NCBI GenBank assembly: GCA_029259115.1
Contig: JAPDJO010000027.1
Span: forward strand, 1-64,000
Reading direction: 5' to 3'
Origin: Thermoplasmatota archaeon
GTDB lineage: Archaea; Thermoplasmatota; E2; DHVEG-1; B18-G2
DNA length: 64,000 bases
This document shows, in pieces, positions 18,176 to 29,800 of this stretch; the first letter of the stretch is position 1; every line of letters begins with the position of its first letter. Under the pieces are notes generated by a model that saw only the letters and a program-made list of their open reading frames with translations, made no database searches and had not been told where the DNA came from. A program made the translations under genes and the position numbers.

Positions 18176-19517
18176 TTTCCAGTTCCCTCTTTATCCTCTT
18201 TCTCTCTATCTTGTAATATCTCCTCATAGCAAAATTCAAGGTTGGCAAAGATAATAGGGCAGGGGATTTTTCATACTCTTTTGCATAACCAATGTAATGC
18301 AGTATCCTTTTCAGCACTTTATCCATAGAATAAAACTTCTTCGTGATCCACATATAACCTTCCAATAATTCCTCTGGCGTCATCTTTTTTGGTCTGAATA
18401 CTACATGAGCCTGACTGTATTTGGACCAGTCCTTGGTCAGGATTCTACCTTCCTTCTCGAATCTATAATATATGGCTGTTCCAGGATAAGGAGTTAAGAT
18501 GTTAAATTCGATACCATCAACTTGCCACTCCTCTAAAGATTTATACGTAGTCTCAAATACATCAGGTGTATCTTCATCGAATCCAAAAATCATTCCACCA
18601 ACAACAGCTATACCATGTTTCTGTATCTTTCTAACGTATTCTCCATACTTCTCAACAACGTTCACATTTGTCAGCTTATGTATCTTTCTTAACGTTTCCT
18701 TTGAAATAGATTCAAATCCAACGAACCACTGGATACAGCCTGCCTCTCTTGATAGTTTCAGAAACTCCTCGTCTTTACCTAACACATTTATATTGCCGTT
18801 TGCAATCCACTTCTTACCCAATCCTCTCATGGCTTTGAAGAGAGCTTTAGAATAATCGAGATCCAAAGTTAGACTGGCGTCTCTGAATATTATAACTTTG
18901 TTGGGGATTGATTTTATATCTTCAATAACATCCCTTATAGGTCTTTTCCTAACCTTCTTCCCTAGAAGTTGAGAAGTTGGACAAAACTCACATCCAACTG
19001 GGCAGCCTCTCGTAGCTTGGACAGCTCCAGACATAAAGTTATAGTAAAGATCTCTTCTCGGATTTGGTATCTTTGATAGATCCGGTTTTTCTTCAGATGA
19101 ATAGACTTTTTTGAGCTTACCCTTTTCTAGATCATCTAAAAGCTTTGGCCATAGATTCTCTGCTTCGCCTATAACTATGGCATCTGCATGCTGTTTAGCC
19201 TCTTCAGGAAGAGCAGATACGTGATATCCGCCAAGCACAACTTTAACTCCCAACTCTCTGAATTTATCAGCTATCTCATAGGCTCTGTAAGCTGTTATGG
19301 TCAATACAGATATTCCAACGAGATCCCACTCATCTGTTATCTTCAATTTTTCGTAATTTTCGTTTATTATCCTCACTTCGTGTTTTTTTGGAGTTACCGC
19401 AGCAACCATGGGCAGAGTTAAAGATGGATTTCCATAAATTATGGATACAGGTTTGAGTCTATCTCTATACGTGGTTATTCCATGTTCTAGTCTAGGCTCT
19501 ATCAGCAATATTCTCAT
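18150..19517 (-). CDS. B12-binding radical SAM enzyme
   Basis: N-terminal cobalamin domain (DLVGIS, VVLGGYH, IGEAE), TRGCPVGCEFC, GFES, GFDED and TPYPGT. Confidence 0.93.
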   Translation of the reverse strand: MRILLIEPRLEHGITTYRDRLKPVSIIYGNPSLTLPMVAAVTPKKHEVRIINENYEKLKITDEWDLVGISVLTITAYRAYEIADKFRELGVKVVLGGYHVSALPEEAKQHADAIVIGEAENLWPKLLDDLEKGKLKKVYSSEEKPDLSKIPNPRRDLYYNFMSGAVQATRGCPVGCEFCPTSQLLGKKVRKRPIRDVIEDIKSIPNKVIIFRDASLTLDLDYSKALFKAMRGLGKKWIANGNINVLGKDEEFLKLSREAGCIQWFVGFESISKETLRKIHKLTNVNVVEKYGEYVRKIQKHGIAVVGGMIFGFDEDTPDVFETTYKSLEEWQVDGIEFNILTPYPGTAIYYRFEKEGRILTKDWSKYSQAHVVFRPKKMTPEELLEGYMWITKKFYSMDKVLKRILHYIGYAKEYEKSPALLSLPTLNFAMRRYYKIERKRIKRELENGTAIPSQ

Positions 19518-19518
19518 A

Positions 19519-20886
19519 TCAATCCTTCCTCACTTTAGAAATAACCACAGGCGGCGGTGTTGCTATTCCTTCCCTTCTGTTGGTTTTTATTTCTTTCACT
19601 TCCTTGACATTTATATCTACATCTCCCAGAGCTTCCACGAAAGCTTCTTTGAGTTTGGTTTTTACTGTATTCTTCTCTTTATCATCACACTCCTTGAACA
19701 CCACCAGTATATCTATCTTATCGTATCTCTCCTGGACTATCTGAAACTGCTCTATTATTCTAGAGCCTACATCAGACATGACCTGATATGGTATACCTGT
19801 TATAGCCAAAGGTGGTATCATTCTACCATCTGGGAGAACAATCGTGTCTATTTTTCTCCCTTCTATCCTTTCGATTATCGGTGTGTTCATTCCACAGCTA
19901 CATTCTCTATCAGACGGGACAAGCAAGTCGCTCACTCCATTGTACCTTATAACAGGCGTACCTCCCTCTATGAGGGATGTAATGACGATCTCTGATAACT
20001 CTCCAGGAGAAGCTTTTTCTCCCCTTCCATTCCAAAATTCTATATTTACTATATCAGCCTGTATATGCATATTTCCCTCTTTGCATTCAAAAGCCATGGG
20101 GCTACATTCTGTAGCTCCATACGTCTCAAAAACTCTAGCATTGAATGTCTCTTCCAGATATTCCCTGGAGTACCTATCTAAGATAGCACCAGATGATGCT
20201 ATATATCTAGGATTTACGTTCTCTCCTTTGCCCCTATTTTTCAGAGTGGCTAAGATCTTCATTATGTCAGGGTATCCTCCTATTATCTCTGGTTTGAATT
20301 TGTTTAAATCTTCCATTATCCTTTCTGGATCATCTCCCACGTGATAAACCCGGATATTTTTTAGTGGAATAACTCTATCAATACTAGGAATAGCAGATCT
20401 GCTGAAGAATTCCTCCTCGCCGCTCCCCGGGGATAGATCTATCAGAAGAGCTATCCTATTTTTCCTCCAGCTGAGATCGTATTCCTTAAGTACTCGAGTA
20501 TAGAATATCAGTGTTTTGTACATGAAAAGTGGTTCAACAAATATTGAAACAGGTTTACCAGTTGATCCCGATGTGCTTATCACCGAATACCTGTCTTTTT
20601 TTGCCTTATCCGGAAGTAGTTTATCAGGAAAAGCATTCCTAAAATCATCCTTTGTAGTAATTGGAAGTTTCTCTATATCACCTATACCTTTTATCTTGCC
20701 AATGTCTATGTCTTTATATTTTTCCCGATACATGGGAATTTTTGTTGCGTTTTTCAAAATCCTTCTAAACGCTTTATCCCTGTACCTTTCCAATTTCTCC
20801 TTGGAGTATCTCCATATCCTGTCTGCATCTGTTAAGTAGCTTTTTATAACCTTAGACAGCGTTACGGGATTTAGTAAAGGATTCAT
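19519..20886 (-). CDS. PaaK/CapK/F390-synthetase-like adenylate-forming ligase (paralogue of 16264-17613)
   Basis: Same MNPLLNP N-terminus; STSGSTGKP, YGATEC, PVIRY and IEGRK. Confidence 0.88.
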   Translation of the reverse strand: MNPLLNPVTLSKVIKSYLTDADRIWRYSKEKLERYRDKAFRRILKNATKIPMYREKYKDIDIGKIKGIGDIEKLPITTKDDFRNAFPDKLLPDKAKKDRYSVISTSGSTGKPVSIFVEPLFMYKTLIFYTRVLKEYDLSWRKNRIALLIDLSPGSGEEEFFSRSAIPSIDRVIPLKNIRVYHVGDDPERIMEDLNKFKPEIIGGYPDIMKILATLKNRGKGENVNPRYIASSGAILDRYSREYLEETFNARVFETYGATECSPMAFECKEGNMHIQADIVNIEFWNGRGEKASPGELSEIVITSLIEGGTPVIRYNGVSDLLVPSDRECSCGMNTPIIERIEGRKIDTIVLPDGRMIPPLAITGIPYQVMSDVGSRIIEQFQIVQERYDKIDILVVFKECDDKEKNTVKTKLKEAFVEALGDVDINVKEVKEIKTNRREGIATPPPVVISKVRKD

Positions 20887-20989
20887 CTATTGAAAGATGG
20901 TATTAAGTTTATTATAAAGTTTCGAAAACCTTAAAAATCCAAAAATTGGATGTTCTTTATGGACTATTAAATCTTGATCAGGTGAAAAG

Positions 20990-21748
20990 ATGTTCAGATT
21001 TAGCGAAAAATCACATATGTTTAAACCCCATAGATCAACCATCGTATTGATTCTCGTCATGATTTTTGCGTTTTCTGTGTTGATAATCGTATCAAAATTT
21101 GCATATACCCCTTCTCCTGCAGAAGAAACTTTTGGGATAGACAATTGGATTTTTTTACATATATTCGAGATATTGGGCTTCCTTGCATTAGTATTATCTA
21201 TCATCCATAGCTTGAGAGTTTACGGAAGAGATTATACTTTGATCTTCTTCCCTTCTTGTTTCTTATATGGATTGATACTTGAACTCCCCTTCGACTCTTA
21301 TAATCAGAATGCTTGGTTAAAGGTTGGACCCTATGGGAGTATGCTATCTGTAGTGGCAGGATGGTGTGTGATTAACTACATCCTATTATCAATCTCGAGG
21401 GGAATGAGTTGTAATCTATCGGTTATTGATAGAGGGATACTATGTGGGTTGCTTGGTGTTTCTATAGACATACCATTAGATCCTATCGCATATGCATATG
21501 GCTTATGGTACTGGGATGGTACGTTTTTTGGTTTTCCTGTAATAACATTTTTTGGTGTCCCTGTTATAAATTTCATGAACTGGTTTTACACAATATTTGT
21601 ATTTGTTGTGTTTCAGGAATATCTAAGAAAATCGGATTTCAGCCCAAAAATGAAGTTTTTGGTCTCTTTACTTACAATCCCTTTGCTTGTAATGATTGTT
21701 TTTCTACTAGCCTATACGACTCTACATCTGCTCTTGATAATGGGGTGA
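20990..21748 (+). CDS. CruF/DUF422-like membrane protein (carotenoid hydratase family)
   Basis: GLILE, VAGW, DIPLDP...GLWYW...FFGVPVINFMNW. Confidence 0.75.
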   Translation: MFRFSEKSHMFKPHRSTIVLILVMIFAFSVLIIVSKFAYTPSPAEETFGIDNWIFLHIFEILGFLALVLSIIHSLRVYGRDYTLIFFPSCFLYGLILELPFDSYNQNAWLKVGPYGSMLSVVAGWCVINYILLSISRGMSCNLSVIDRGILCGLLGVSIDIPLDPIAYAYGLWYWDGTFFGFPVITFFGVPVINFMNWFYTIFVFVVFQEYLRKSDFSPKMKFLVSLLTIPLLVMIVFLLAYTTLHLLLIMG

Positions 21749-21753
21749 TATAG

Positions 21754-21933
21754 ATGATAAAAATGCTCCTCAAGGTGTTTGATGATGCATTTCCTCTGTT
21801 TACATTATGTGGAGTGTATATCTTTTCTTTGATTATCGCTGCTTTAGTAGGAAGATTTGATTTATTTTTGCTCGATCTTGCAGTTGCATACGTTGTATTA
21901 TCGATAACCTTCATACTGTACAAAAAATCTTGA
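21754..21933 (+). CDS. Small 2-TM membrane protein (59 aa, not in ORF track)
   Basis: SD GGGGTGA then ATG; MIKMLLKVFDDAFPLFTL...ITFILYKKS fills the gap to srp54. Confidence 0.6.
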   Translation: MIKMLLKVFDDAFPLFTLCGVYIFSLIIAALVGRFDLFLLDLAVAYVVLSITFILYKKS

Positions 21934-21978
21934 TTTATGCAAAACTTTTAATCCATATACAGCCTTTCCTTATCCGAT

Positions 21979-23307
21979 ATGGTACTCGAGAATCTGAAAG
22001 AATCGTTGAGGGGAACTATACAGAAGATAGCCAGCGCTGTCACTGTAGATTCTAAACTGATAAAGGAAGTTGTTAGAGATATACAGAGAGCTCTGCTTCA
22101 AGCCGATGTTAACGTCAAGCTTGTTTTGGAACTGTCAAAAAACATAGAGAAAAGGGCTCTTCAGGAAAAACCTCCCGCAGGGATGAGCGCAAGGGAACAT
22201 GTAATAAGGATAGTTTATGATGAACTGGTAAAAATCCTAGGAACAGGAAAAACTCTACCTCTTAAGAAACAGATAATTCTCATGGTTGGATTATATGGAC
22301 AGGGTAAAACAACAACATGTGGAAAGTTGGCTAGATACTTCAAAAGAAAGGGTCTAAGACCTGCTCTCATAGCTGGAGATGTACACAGGCCTGCGGCTTA
22401 CGATCAGTTGAAGCAGATAGCTGAGAAGGCTGAGGTTCCATTTTATGGAGATAAAAATGCAAAAGATGCGGTCGAGGTTGTCAAAAAAGGTGTCGATCAT
22501 TTCAAAAGATCAGCAGATGTTATCATAGTTGATACCGCAGGCAGGCACAAGCTGGAGGAGGATCTCATAAACGAGATAAGAGATATTGAGAGAGAGATAA
22601 AAGCGGATGAGAAAATCCTCGTTATTGATGCAACCATTGGACAACAAGCAAGGGATCAGGCAAAGGCATTCCATGATGCTGTCGGAATAACGGGTATAAT
22701 TCTAACTAAGATGGATGGTACTGCAAAGGGAGGTGGAGCTCTATCTGCAGCAGCCGAGGTTGGTGCTCCAATAGTATTTATAGGAACTGGCGAACACCTA
22801 TCGGATCTAGAATCTTTTGATCCAAAGGGATTCGTATCTAGGTTGTTGGGAATGGGGGATATCAGGGCTCTTCTGGAAAAGGCAGAGGAAGCTATGAAGG
22901 AAAAGGAAGCAGAAAAGGCTATCGAGAGAATAGTTTCAGGAAAATTTACTTTAAAGGATATGTACCAGCAGATAGAGATGATGAAAGGCATGGGTCCTTT
23001 ACAGAAATTATCTGAGCTTTTACCGTTCGGATTCTCTGGAAAGGTCAAAGATGTTGATATGGAAGAGACTCAAAGAAAACTCAGAAAGTTCAAATACATA
23101 ATGGACTCGATGACTGAAGAAGAACTAGAGAATCCAGAGATAATAAAAGGCTCTAGAATAAGGAGGATTGCAAGAGGAGCGGGGGTAGAAAGTAAAGATG
23201 TGAAAGAGCTGTTAAAATACTACCACATGACAAAAAGCATGATGAAAGGATTCGCGAGCAATAGAAAGTTAAGAAAAAGTCTTATGAAACAGCTTAAGTT
23301 TACTTGA
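21979..23307 (+). CDS. srp54: Signal recognition particle protein SRP54
   Basis: [35 protein letters not shown] and M-domain SRIRRIARG. Confidence 0.98.
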   Translation: MVLENLKESLRGTIQKIASAVTVDSKLIKEVVRDIQRALLQADVNVKLVLELSKNIEKRALQEKPPAGMSAREHVIRIVYDELVKILGTGKTLPLKKQIILMVGLYGQGKTTTCGKLARYFKRKGLRPALIAGDVHRPAAYDQLKQIAEKAEVPFYGDKNAKDAVEVVKKGVDHFKRSADVIIVDTAGRHKLEEDLINEIRDIEREIKADEKILVIDATIGQQARDQAKAFHDAVGITGIILTKMDGTAKGGGALSAAAEVGAPIVFIGTGEHLSDLESFDPKGFVSRLLGMGDIRALLEKAEEAMKEKEAEKAIERIVSGKFTLKDMYQQIEMMKGMGPLQKLSELLPFGFSGKVKDVDMEETQRKLRKFKYIMDSMTEEELENPEIIKGSRIRRIARGAGVESKDVKELLKYYHMTKSMMKGFASNRKLRKSLMKQLKFT

Positions 23308-23310
23308 TCT

Positions 23311-25383
23311 CTACTCTAATGGACTTCTCAACCAAGGGTAGAAAAGAAATCTTATGCCTGTTGATCTCAACTTTATCAACCTAAAACCTCTCATCCAAAC
23401 TCTGTCACCGAAAATCGGTATCAACCAACTTGGACCAAACATCGATCCCCACCAATTGTTCTTGATATTAGGTAAAAAGTTGATGGATGATAAACCTCTT
23501 CCTTCAATTTCTATTAAAACACCGTATTTCTTATTTCCACAGATATTGTTGTATTCTATATCTGGATAGATCGCGTTTGCAAGAGAGATACCGATCTTAT
23601 TATCTGCTATTCTATTGTTTCTCAACGTATTGTAATGAGACCATTCTATTCTAACCCCAACACAATTTGCAGTTATGGAATTATTGTCTATCCTGTTCCA
23701 GTTCGATCCGTATATAAGAGAAAGTCCCTTATGGTTTGATGAGATGGTGTTATGAGATAGGGTGTTGTGATAGGATCTTGTCATATTTATACCCACCAAA
23801 TTATCTGATATGACATTTTGCTCTATTTCATTCCTATCTGTCTCGCTCATGTTTATTCCTAAAGAGTTTTCTGTAACAAGGTTATGTCTTATGGAGCAAC
23901 AAAAAGCATCCACCACATAATCTGGTCTTCCTATTTGAATACCAGCCTTTCCTTCAGAACTGTTTTTGATCGTAAAGTTCGAGATGCTAACAAAAGGTGC
24001 GAAGATAAACACAACATCTCCTCTTTTGCAACCATCTATTACTGTAGTGTTTCGATTTTCTCCAACAATTTTAAGATAGGGTTTGTTAATGGATATAGTC
24101 TCATAATATGTTCCGTTCTTGACATATATGGTATATCCAGGCTTAGAGAGATTAATAGCATCCTGGATGGTTGTATTTGCATCGACTGAAACAGTTATAT
24201 AGCCGTTGTGGAGTCTTAGAACGTGTACCTGTCGAGTGAACGTATTGTTTTTTGTTTCATTTGTAACACAAAGCGTAACATTGTACCATCCCTCCCTTCG
24301 ATACATGTGTTTTACTTTGCATCCTGTACTAAAGTTACCGTCTCCGAAATCCCAGAGGTAAAAGCTATTTCCTGAAACGAAAGATAATGTCCCATCAAAG
24401 AATATCTCTTGATCAACCAAAGGTAGAACTGGCTCATAATAGAAAAAGGGTAGGAAAGGTTCATTTTTAAAAGGCTCCGCCAGAGGGTAATGATCTATAT
24501 TGTTTCCTGCACCACGGATATAATAGGGTATCGAAGAATCGTGACCCTCCCAGTAATTCCCTCCAAACTCAGAACCACTATCCCACACATTTCTGCAATT
24601 ATCCTTGGCATGGATATCATTTTTCCAGAATACATTATTGGAGATTAGATTGTGACTCGAAGCAGATATCACCTCTATGCCAACATCATTATTTGAGATG
24701 TTACATTTTGTAATCAACGTATAATGTATGCAATGATCTAGAACTATACCTCTTCTATTGTAAGATATATGGCATCCGCGTATCTTGTTGTTACGTGAGG
24801 ATGGCAAGCAACAAAAATAGATTCCATCCTTGCATTTTGTTATTCCACAGTTTTTTATAGTATTGTTGTTTGATCGAGCTGAGTAACCGTGAGGGCAACC
24901 ATTGATAGAAATACCTATATCATCTTTTTTGAAATCACAGTTTTCTATAACGTTGTCAGATGATGAAACTAATAGTACACCAAATCCACACCCTCTAAAG
25001 CTACAATTTACAACCCTTCCATTTGTAACATTGTAGAAAAAGACACCATTTGGACGTATTGAAGCAAATCTACAACCATTGATTTGACAATTCTCTATGA
25101 TAAAATGCGCCCTTGTATTCTTGATTGTAATCCCGCTTTTGCCTATCGCTATAATCTTCCAGTTTGATATTATATATGGATTAAGAGATGTACCATTACC
25201 CTCTCTGACTCCATTTTCTGGAGTAAAATCATCGTCACCATCTATAAAGATTGGTCTGTGAAAGCAAGATGAATCACAACTTTTAGATTTACCCAACTCA
25301 AGAACCATGGGAGGGGATACGAGAGAGAAAATGATAATGAATGCTGAGGAGATTGTTATGAATATCTTGAGAGTCTTTTTCAC
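23311..25383 (-). CDS. Secreted parallel beta-helix (NosD/CASH) protein with PKD domain
   Basis: Signal anchor, GIxL...N.I..N.I repeats, GGNYW, YLWDFGDG and TIQDAIN. Confidence 0.85.
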   Translation of the reverse strand: MKKTLKIFITISSAFIIIFSLVSPPMVLELGKSKSCDSSCFHRPIFIDGDDDFTPENGVREGNGTSLNPYIISNWKIIAIGKSGITIKNTRAHFIIENCQINGCRFASIRPNGVFFYNVTNGRVVNCSFRGCGFGVLLVSSSDNVIENCDFKKDDIGISINGCPHGYSARSNNNTIKNCGITKCKDGIYFCCLPSSRNNKIRGCHISYNRRGIVLDHCIHYTLITKCNISNNDVGIEVISASSHNLISNNVFWKNDIHAKDNCRNVWDSGSEFGGNYWEGHDSSIPYYIRGAGNNIDHYPLAEPFKNEPFLPFFYYEPVLPLVDQEIFFDGTLSFVSGNSFYLWDFGDGNFSTGCKVKHMYRREGWYNVTLCVTNETKNNTFTRQVHVLRLHNGYITVSVDANTTIQDAINLSKPGYTIYVKNGTYYETISINKPYLKIVGENRNTTVIDGCKRGDVVFIFAPFVSISNFTIKNSSEGKAGIQIGRPDYVVDAFCCSIRHNLVTENSLGINMSETDRNEIEQNVISDNLVGINMTRSYHNTLSHNTISSNHKGLSLIYGSNWNRIDNNSITANCVGVRIEWSHYNTLRNNRIADNKIGISLANAIYPDIEYNNICGNKKYGVLIEIEGRGLSSINFLPNIKNNWWGSMFGPSWLIPIFGDRVWMRGFRLIKLRSTGIRFLFYPWLRSPLE

Positions 25384-25469
25384 ACATAAATGTATTTAAA
25401 TATATTGATATAAATCTTCCTAAAGAATTAATGCAAAATTATATTACGTTATCTTTTCTTTTTATCATC

Positions 25470-26777
25470 ATGCTATTCAAAAATGCAAAACAAATTATCG
25501 AAAACGGGAAAGATAGAAGAACAAAACTAGCACGAAAAGACATTCTTTCAATCTTATCTGAAATTGTCAAATCTGTGGATCCATACAGAGTAACTCACAA
25601 ATACTTAGAAGAAAATATAGAGCTCTCCAGTTACAAATCCATATATATGGTTGCTTTTGGAAAAGCGAGCATAAGGATGGCGCAAGCAGCAAGTGATCTT
25701 TTGCCTGTTAAAGAAGGAGTAGTTATAACAAATGAAGACAAGATTGTGAAAGCGAAAAATGTTCACACATTTACTGGAGATCATCCGATACCAACATTAA
25801 GGAATATAAAGGCAACAGAAAAAGCTATAGAAGTTGTAGAGAAATGCAAAGAGGAGGATCTTCTTTTAGTTTTGATATCTGGTGGGGGATCCGCTTTACT
25901 GTGCAAGCCCAGAGTGCCTCTAGAAGATATGCAAATTTTAACAGATCTGCTACTTAAAAGCGGAGCGGACATAACCGAGTTAAATACCATCAGAAAGCAT
26001 CTATCTTTTGTAAAAGGTGGACAGCTTGCAAAACTTGCAGATTGCGAAATTATATCCTGTATAATATCTGACGTTGTTGGAGATCCGATAGAATTTATAG
26101 CTTCTGGACCTACAGCACCTGATACAACAACATTCGAAGATGCAAAAAACATCCTGATTAAGTATGACTTGTGGAACAAGGTTCCAGAATCTGTGAAAAG
26201 AATCATAAACATGGGATTAAAAGGTGAATTATCTGAAACTCTAAAACCAGGAGATGAAGTCTTTAACAGAGTGAAAAATGTTATCGTTGCAAATAACTCT
26301 TTAGCATGTGAATCTGCCAAGAGAAAAGCAGAAAAGTTAGGCTATAAAGCAAAAATATTCTCTACCACCCTGACTGGGAAAGCAAGAGAAGTTGGTAAAT
26401 TTCTGGTTAAAAAAGCAATGGATGAATTAACAGAAAAGGAAATCATGATTGCTGGTGGAGAAACGACTGTTAGGGTTAGAGGTAAAGGAAAAGGGGGTAG
26501 AAATCAGGAAATGGTGCTAAGCACTGTAGAAATGCTCAAAGATTTACCTTTAGTCTTTGCCTCTTTTGCTACCGATGGAGTAGATGGAAACTCGGATGCG
26601 GCTGGTGCTATTGCTGATAGCTATACTTTAGAAAGATCTAGAGGTAAAGGCATGGGATATGAAGAGTATCTAGAAAACAATGATTCTTACCACTTCTTCA
26701 AAAATTTAAACGATTTGCTTATAACTGGACCAACCGGAACGAATGTGATGGATGTTCAGATATTGTTACACTGTTAA
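25470..26777 (+). CDS. Glycerate 2-kinase (MOFRL family)
   Basis: AFGKA, HPIP, LISGGGSAL, SDVVGD, IASGPT, GGETTV, GGRNQE, TDGVDG and TGTNVMD. Confidence 0.93.
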   Translation: MLFKNAKQIIENGKDRRTKLARKDILSILSEIVKSVDPYRVTHKYLEENIELSSYKSIYMVAFGKASIRMAQAASDLLPVKEGVVITNEDKIVKAKNVHTFTGDHPIPTLRNIKATEKAIEVVEKCKEEDLLLVLISGGGSALLCKPRVPLEDMQILTDLLLKSGADITELNTIRKHLSFVKGGQLAKLADCEIISCIISDVVGDPIEFIASGPTAPDTTTFEDAKNILIKYDLWNKVPESVKRIINMGLKGELSETLKPGDEVFNRVKNVIVANNSLACESAKRKAEKLGYKAKIFSTTLTGKAREVGKFLVKKAMDELTEKEIMIAGGETTVRVRGKGKGGRNQEMVLSTVEMLKDLPLVFASFATDGVDGNSDAAGAIADSYTLERSRGKGMGYEEYLENNDSYHFFKNLNDLLITGPTGTNVMDVQILLHC

Positions 26778-26782
26778 AAATT

Positions 26783-26796
26783 GGAAATTTTATATA
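26783..26796 (+). promoter_or_regulatory. Putative BRE/TATA upstream of the giant surface protein
   Basis: GGAAATTTTATATA ~30 bp before the start; a similar GGAAAATTTTATA lies at 36749-36761. Confidence 0.5.
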
Positions 26797-26824
26797 GTGA
26801 CAAACTTATTCACTCTCACTCAGG

Positions 26825-29800
26825 ATGGGTGGGATGCACAAGAATCGATCATCAGTAAGAATTCATTCTAGGGTACATCAGGTTAGAATATTTTATACTA
26901 AAAAAGGAAAATTGCGAAAGGATAAAAGAGGGACATCTAAAATCCTGACAATCCTATCCTTAATCATAATTGTTGCATCATCCATATTTACACCAATTCT
27001 GGTCGCAGAACAAGCTGGTGTTTTTAGAAATGATACAAATTCGACGGTAGCTAATTCAGATTTCAATGACGAAACATTAAAGAAGATTAATGGCAGTCAA
27101 GTACCTGGCAAGGATTCTCTCTGTGGGAATGCAACTGAAAAAAATCAGATATCTAGTGAAGATAGCAGTGTAGAATCTAATACAGCAGATAGACCTGATA
27201 ATGGATCAGCGGATGGGAATGCATATCCATCAGATTCTCAGCAGATTAACAATACCAGCAACATTAACGCTACAGGTGGTAAAAATAGCTCAGCAGAAGA
27301 GAATCGCGATAGAAACGAAACTGATATCACGATTTTCAATACTAGTATAAATACAGATGGTTTGATTCTAGGTCGAGTAGAAAGTCAAAGCTCCGATGAA
27401 AATAAATCTATAGAGACTTTTAGTAACTATAGCTGTAGTACAAACAACCAGAGCGATAATCAAACATATGGTAACAGATATGATGAGACAAATCAATCTA
27501 ATATGGGAAAAGATTCCATGTTTTCAAACCTTACCGTTGTTAATGCAACTGATGTTTACAATTATCTCTTTGCAAATTCATCTGATCGAAATGGAACAGT
27601 ATGTACAAATCATATCCACGACATTTCCATTCACACAAACGTTTCCACAAATGGTTCAGCATGCCCACAGAATAAAACCAACATCTCTTTAGACAATATC
27701 TCTTTTGTAGGGAATTTTTCTTCACGAAATGAAGATAGTGATGAAAATGCCACAGAAGATCTCTATAGGGCGGAGAGTAGCGAGGATCTTTTAACTTCTC
27801 AAAATGTATCGTACTCGGATGGTAAAGAGAATCCATCATATCGAGAAAATGAAACGATAAATGTTGCGAGTTGCTCGGAAAAAGAAAAAATTCTCCAGAA
27901 AGTAAATGAATCTCTTTCCGAAGGAAAACCAGTTTTTCTTATTTTTTTAGATGATAACACAAACCCCTATTCTAACCTAGAGAACAAATACGGAGATAAG
28001 ATTACTTTCCTAAGAGTTAAAATAGATGATGCTGTAAGATTCTGCTTTAACTTATCATCTTCTCCGATGCTGTTTCTTATCAAAAATAGGAATGAATCGG
28101 GCTATCTTTATCTAGAAATCAACCCCGAGATAGAAATTGAGAAATTAGACTCCATATTATACTTTGCAGCGAACAATATATTTACGCCTACAAGTTATGG
28201 AACATGGTATAGAGATAAGAGGATTTACCATAGAATATATCATAATATAGATCCTGAGTTTCAACATTTTGATGTAAGAAAAGTTATCCAACCTGCTATA
28301 AACAAGGCTTGGAAATATCTCGATCCCTACGAGTATATAGGTACGAAAAAGATGGATGCCACTATGTTTTCCGCTTTCAAAGTGCTGTACTCTAATTTTA
28401 GAAAGGATCCCAAGATTCTGAAAGCATACAAGGAAAGAGTCTTTGATGGAAAAAAGAGAATTGCAGATAGATACCTATTTCAACTTAACTTCTTTTTTAA
28501 TCTGAATCTAAGCGAGGATAGGTTCGCTAGGAAGGTTATAGAATCTGATTTTCTACAATCTGGAATGCTCACCATAAATGAATTGATACTGAGGGCTTTC
28601 TATAGTGATGAAGTACCATACACAGATGAGATGTTCAGCTGGGTTCTCAATAATTTCTCAAAGAGGGGAGGGTATGATTTAACACATTCTATAATGGTCT
28701 ATGCAATACTGAGAGAAAGGGGAGGATATGATGCTGAAAAGATTGAGCAGGCATTGGATGAGCTCTGCGAACTTGTAGTTGAAGAACAAGAAGAGGATCA
28801 CTCCCGTGGTTCAATTACAGATTTTGACTTATATGCCGAAAGGGTCGGCTTTTTGATCATAGCAAACAGATGTGATCTAATCAAGGAGGAATGGATAGAA
28901 AAGATAATATCCTTTCAAAATGAAGATGGAGGTTTTCCTTTAGGGAAATATGGTGAAGAATCCCACGCTCACTCTACATATGTTGCTCTCCTAGCTCTGA
29001 TGGGGTACAAGAAATATGTTCTTGAGCATAGGGAATTCGATTTTAGTTTCACCAAACCGATACCTGTCAAGAAACCCTACATAGATAGTAGATTTTCCAC
29101 AAAGTTTCTGGAAGAATTAGATAAAAAGGGGAAAGTTAAGAGTCTGATTAAGCTGAAGGAGTCAGTAATTCCTCCTTGGATGGTAGATGTTTTTGGTAAG
29201 AATATAACAGTAATAGATACGAGCAGAGGGAAGTATGCAGTTGTAGAGATAACCAAAGATATCCTCGACTTGTTAAGAAGTAGAGAGGATATCAGCAAAG
29301 TCCTGCTTGACGAACGTATTGGTTGTTCTTTAAGTGAAGCTTTACCATTGATTGAATATGATAAAGCATCTTCTCAATTCAACTACTCTGGCAGAGGAAT
29401 AAGGATTTGCATACTTGATACAGGGTTAAACAAAGCATATGTTGATTTTAGTCAAGGATACGATTTCGTAAATGATGATCCCTATCCAGAGGATAATAAT
29501 GGACATGGAACTCAAATAGCCTTGATAATAAAGTCAATGGCACCTAACACAACTATTATACCAATAAAGGTTCTAAGTGATGACGGTAAAGGGTATGTAT
29601 CTACTGCTCTAGAGGGATTAGAATATGCCATCAGTCTCCATCCCGACATAATAGTTATGGCATTTGGGGGTGGAAGTTATAGTGGATTTTGTAATGATGA
29701 TCCACTAGCAAATTTAAGTAATTATGCGGTAGAACAGGGTATATTTGTAATTGCATCTACAGGGAATGACGGTAGTAAAAATATTACATCCCCTGCTTGT

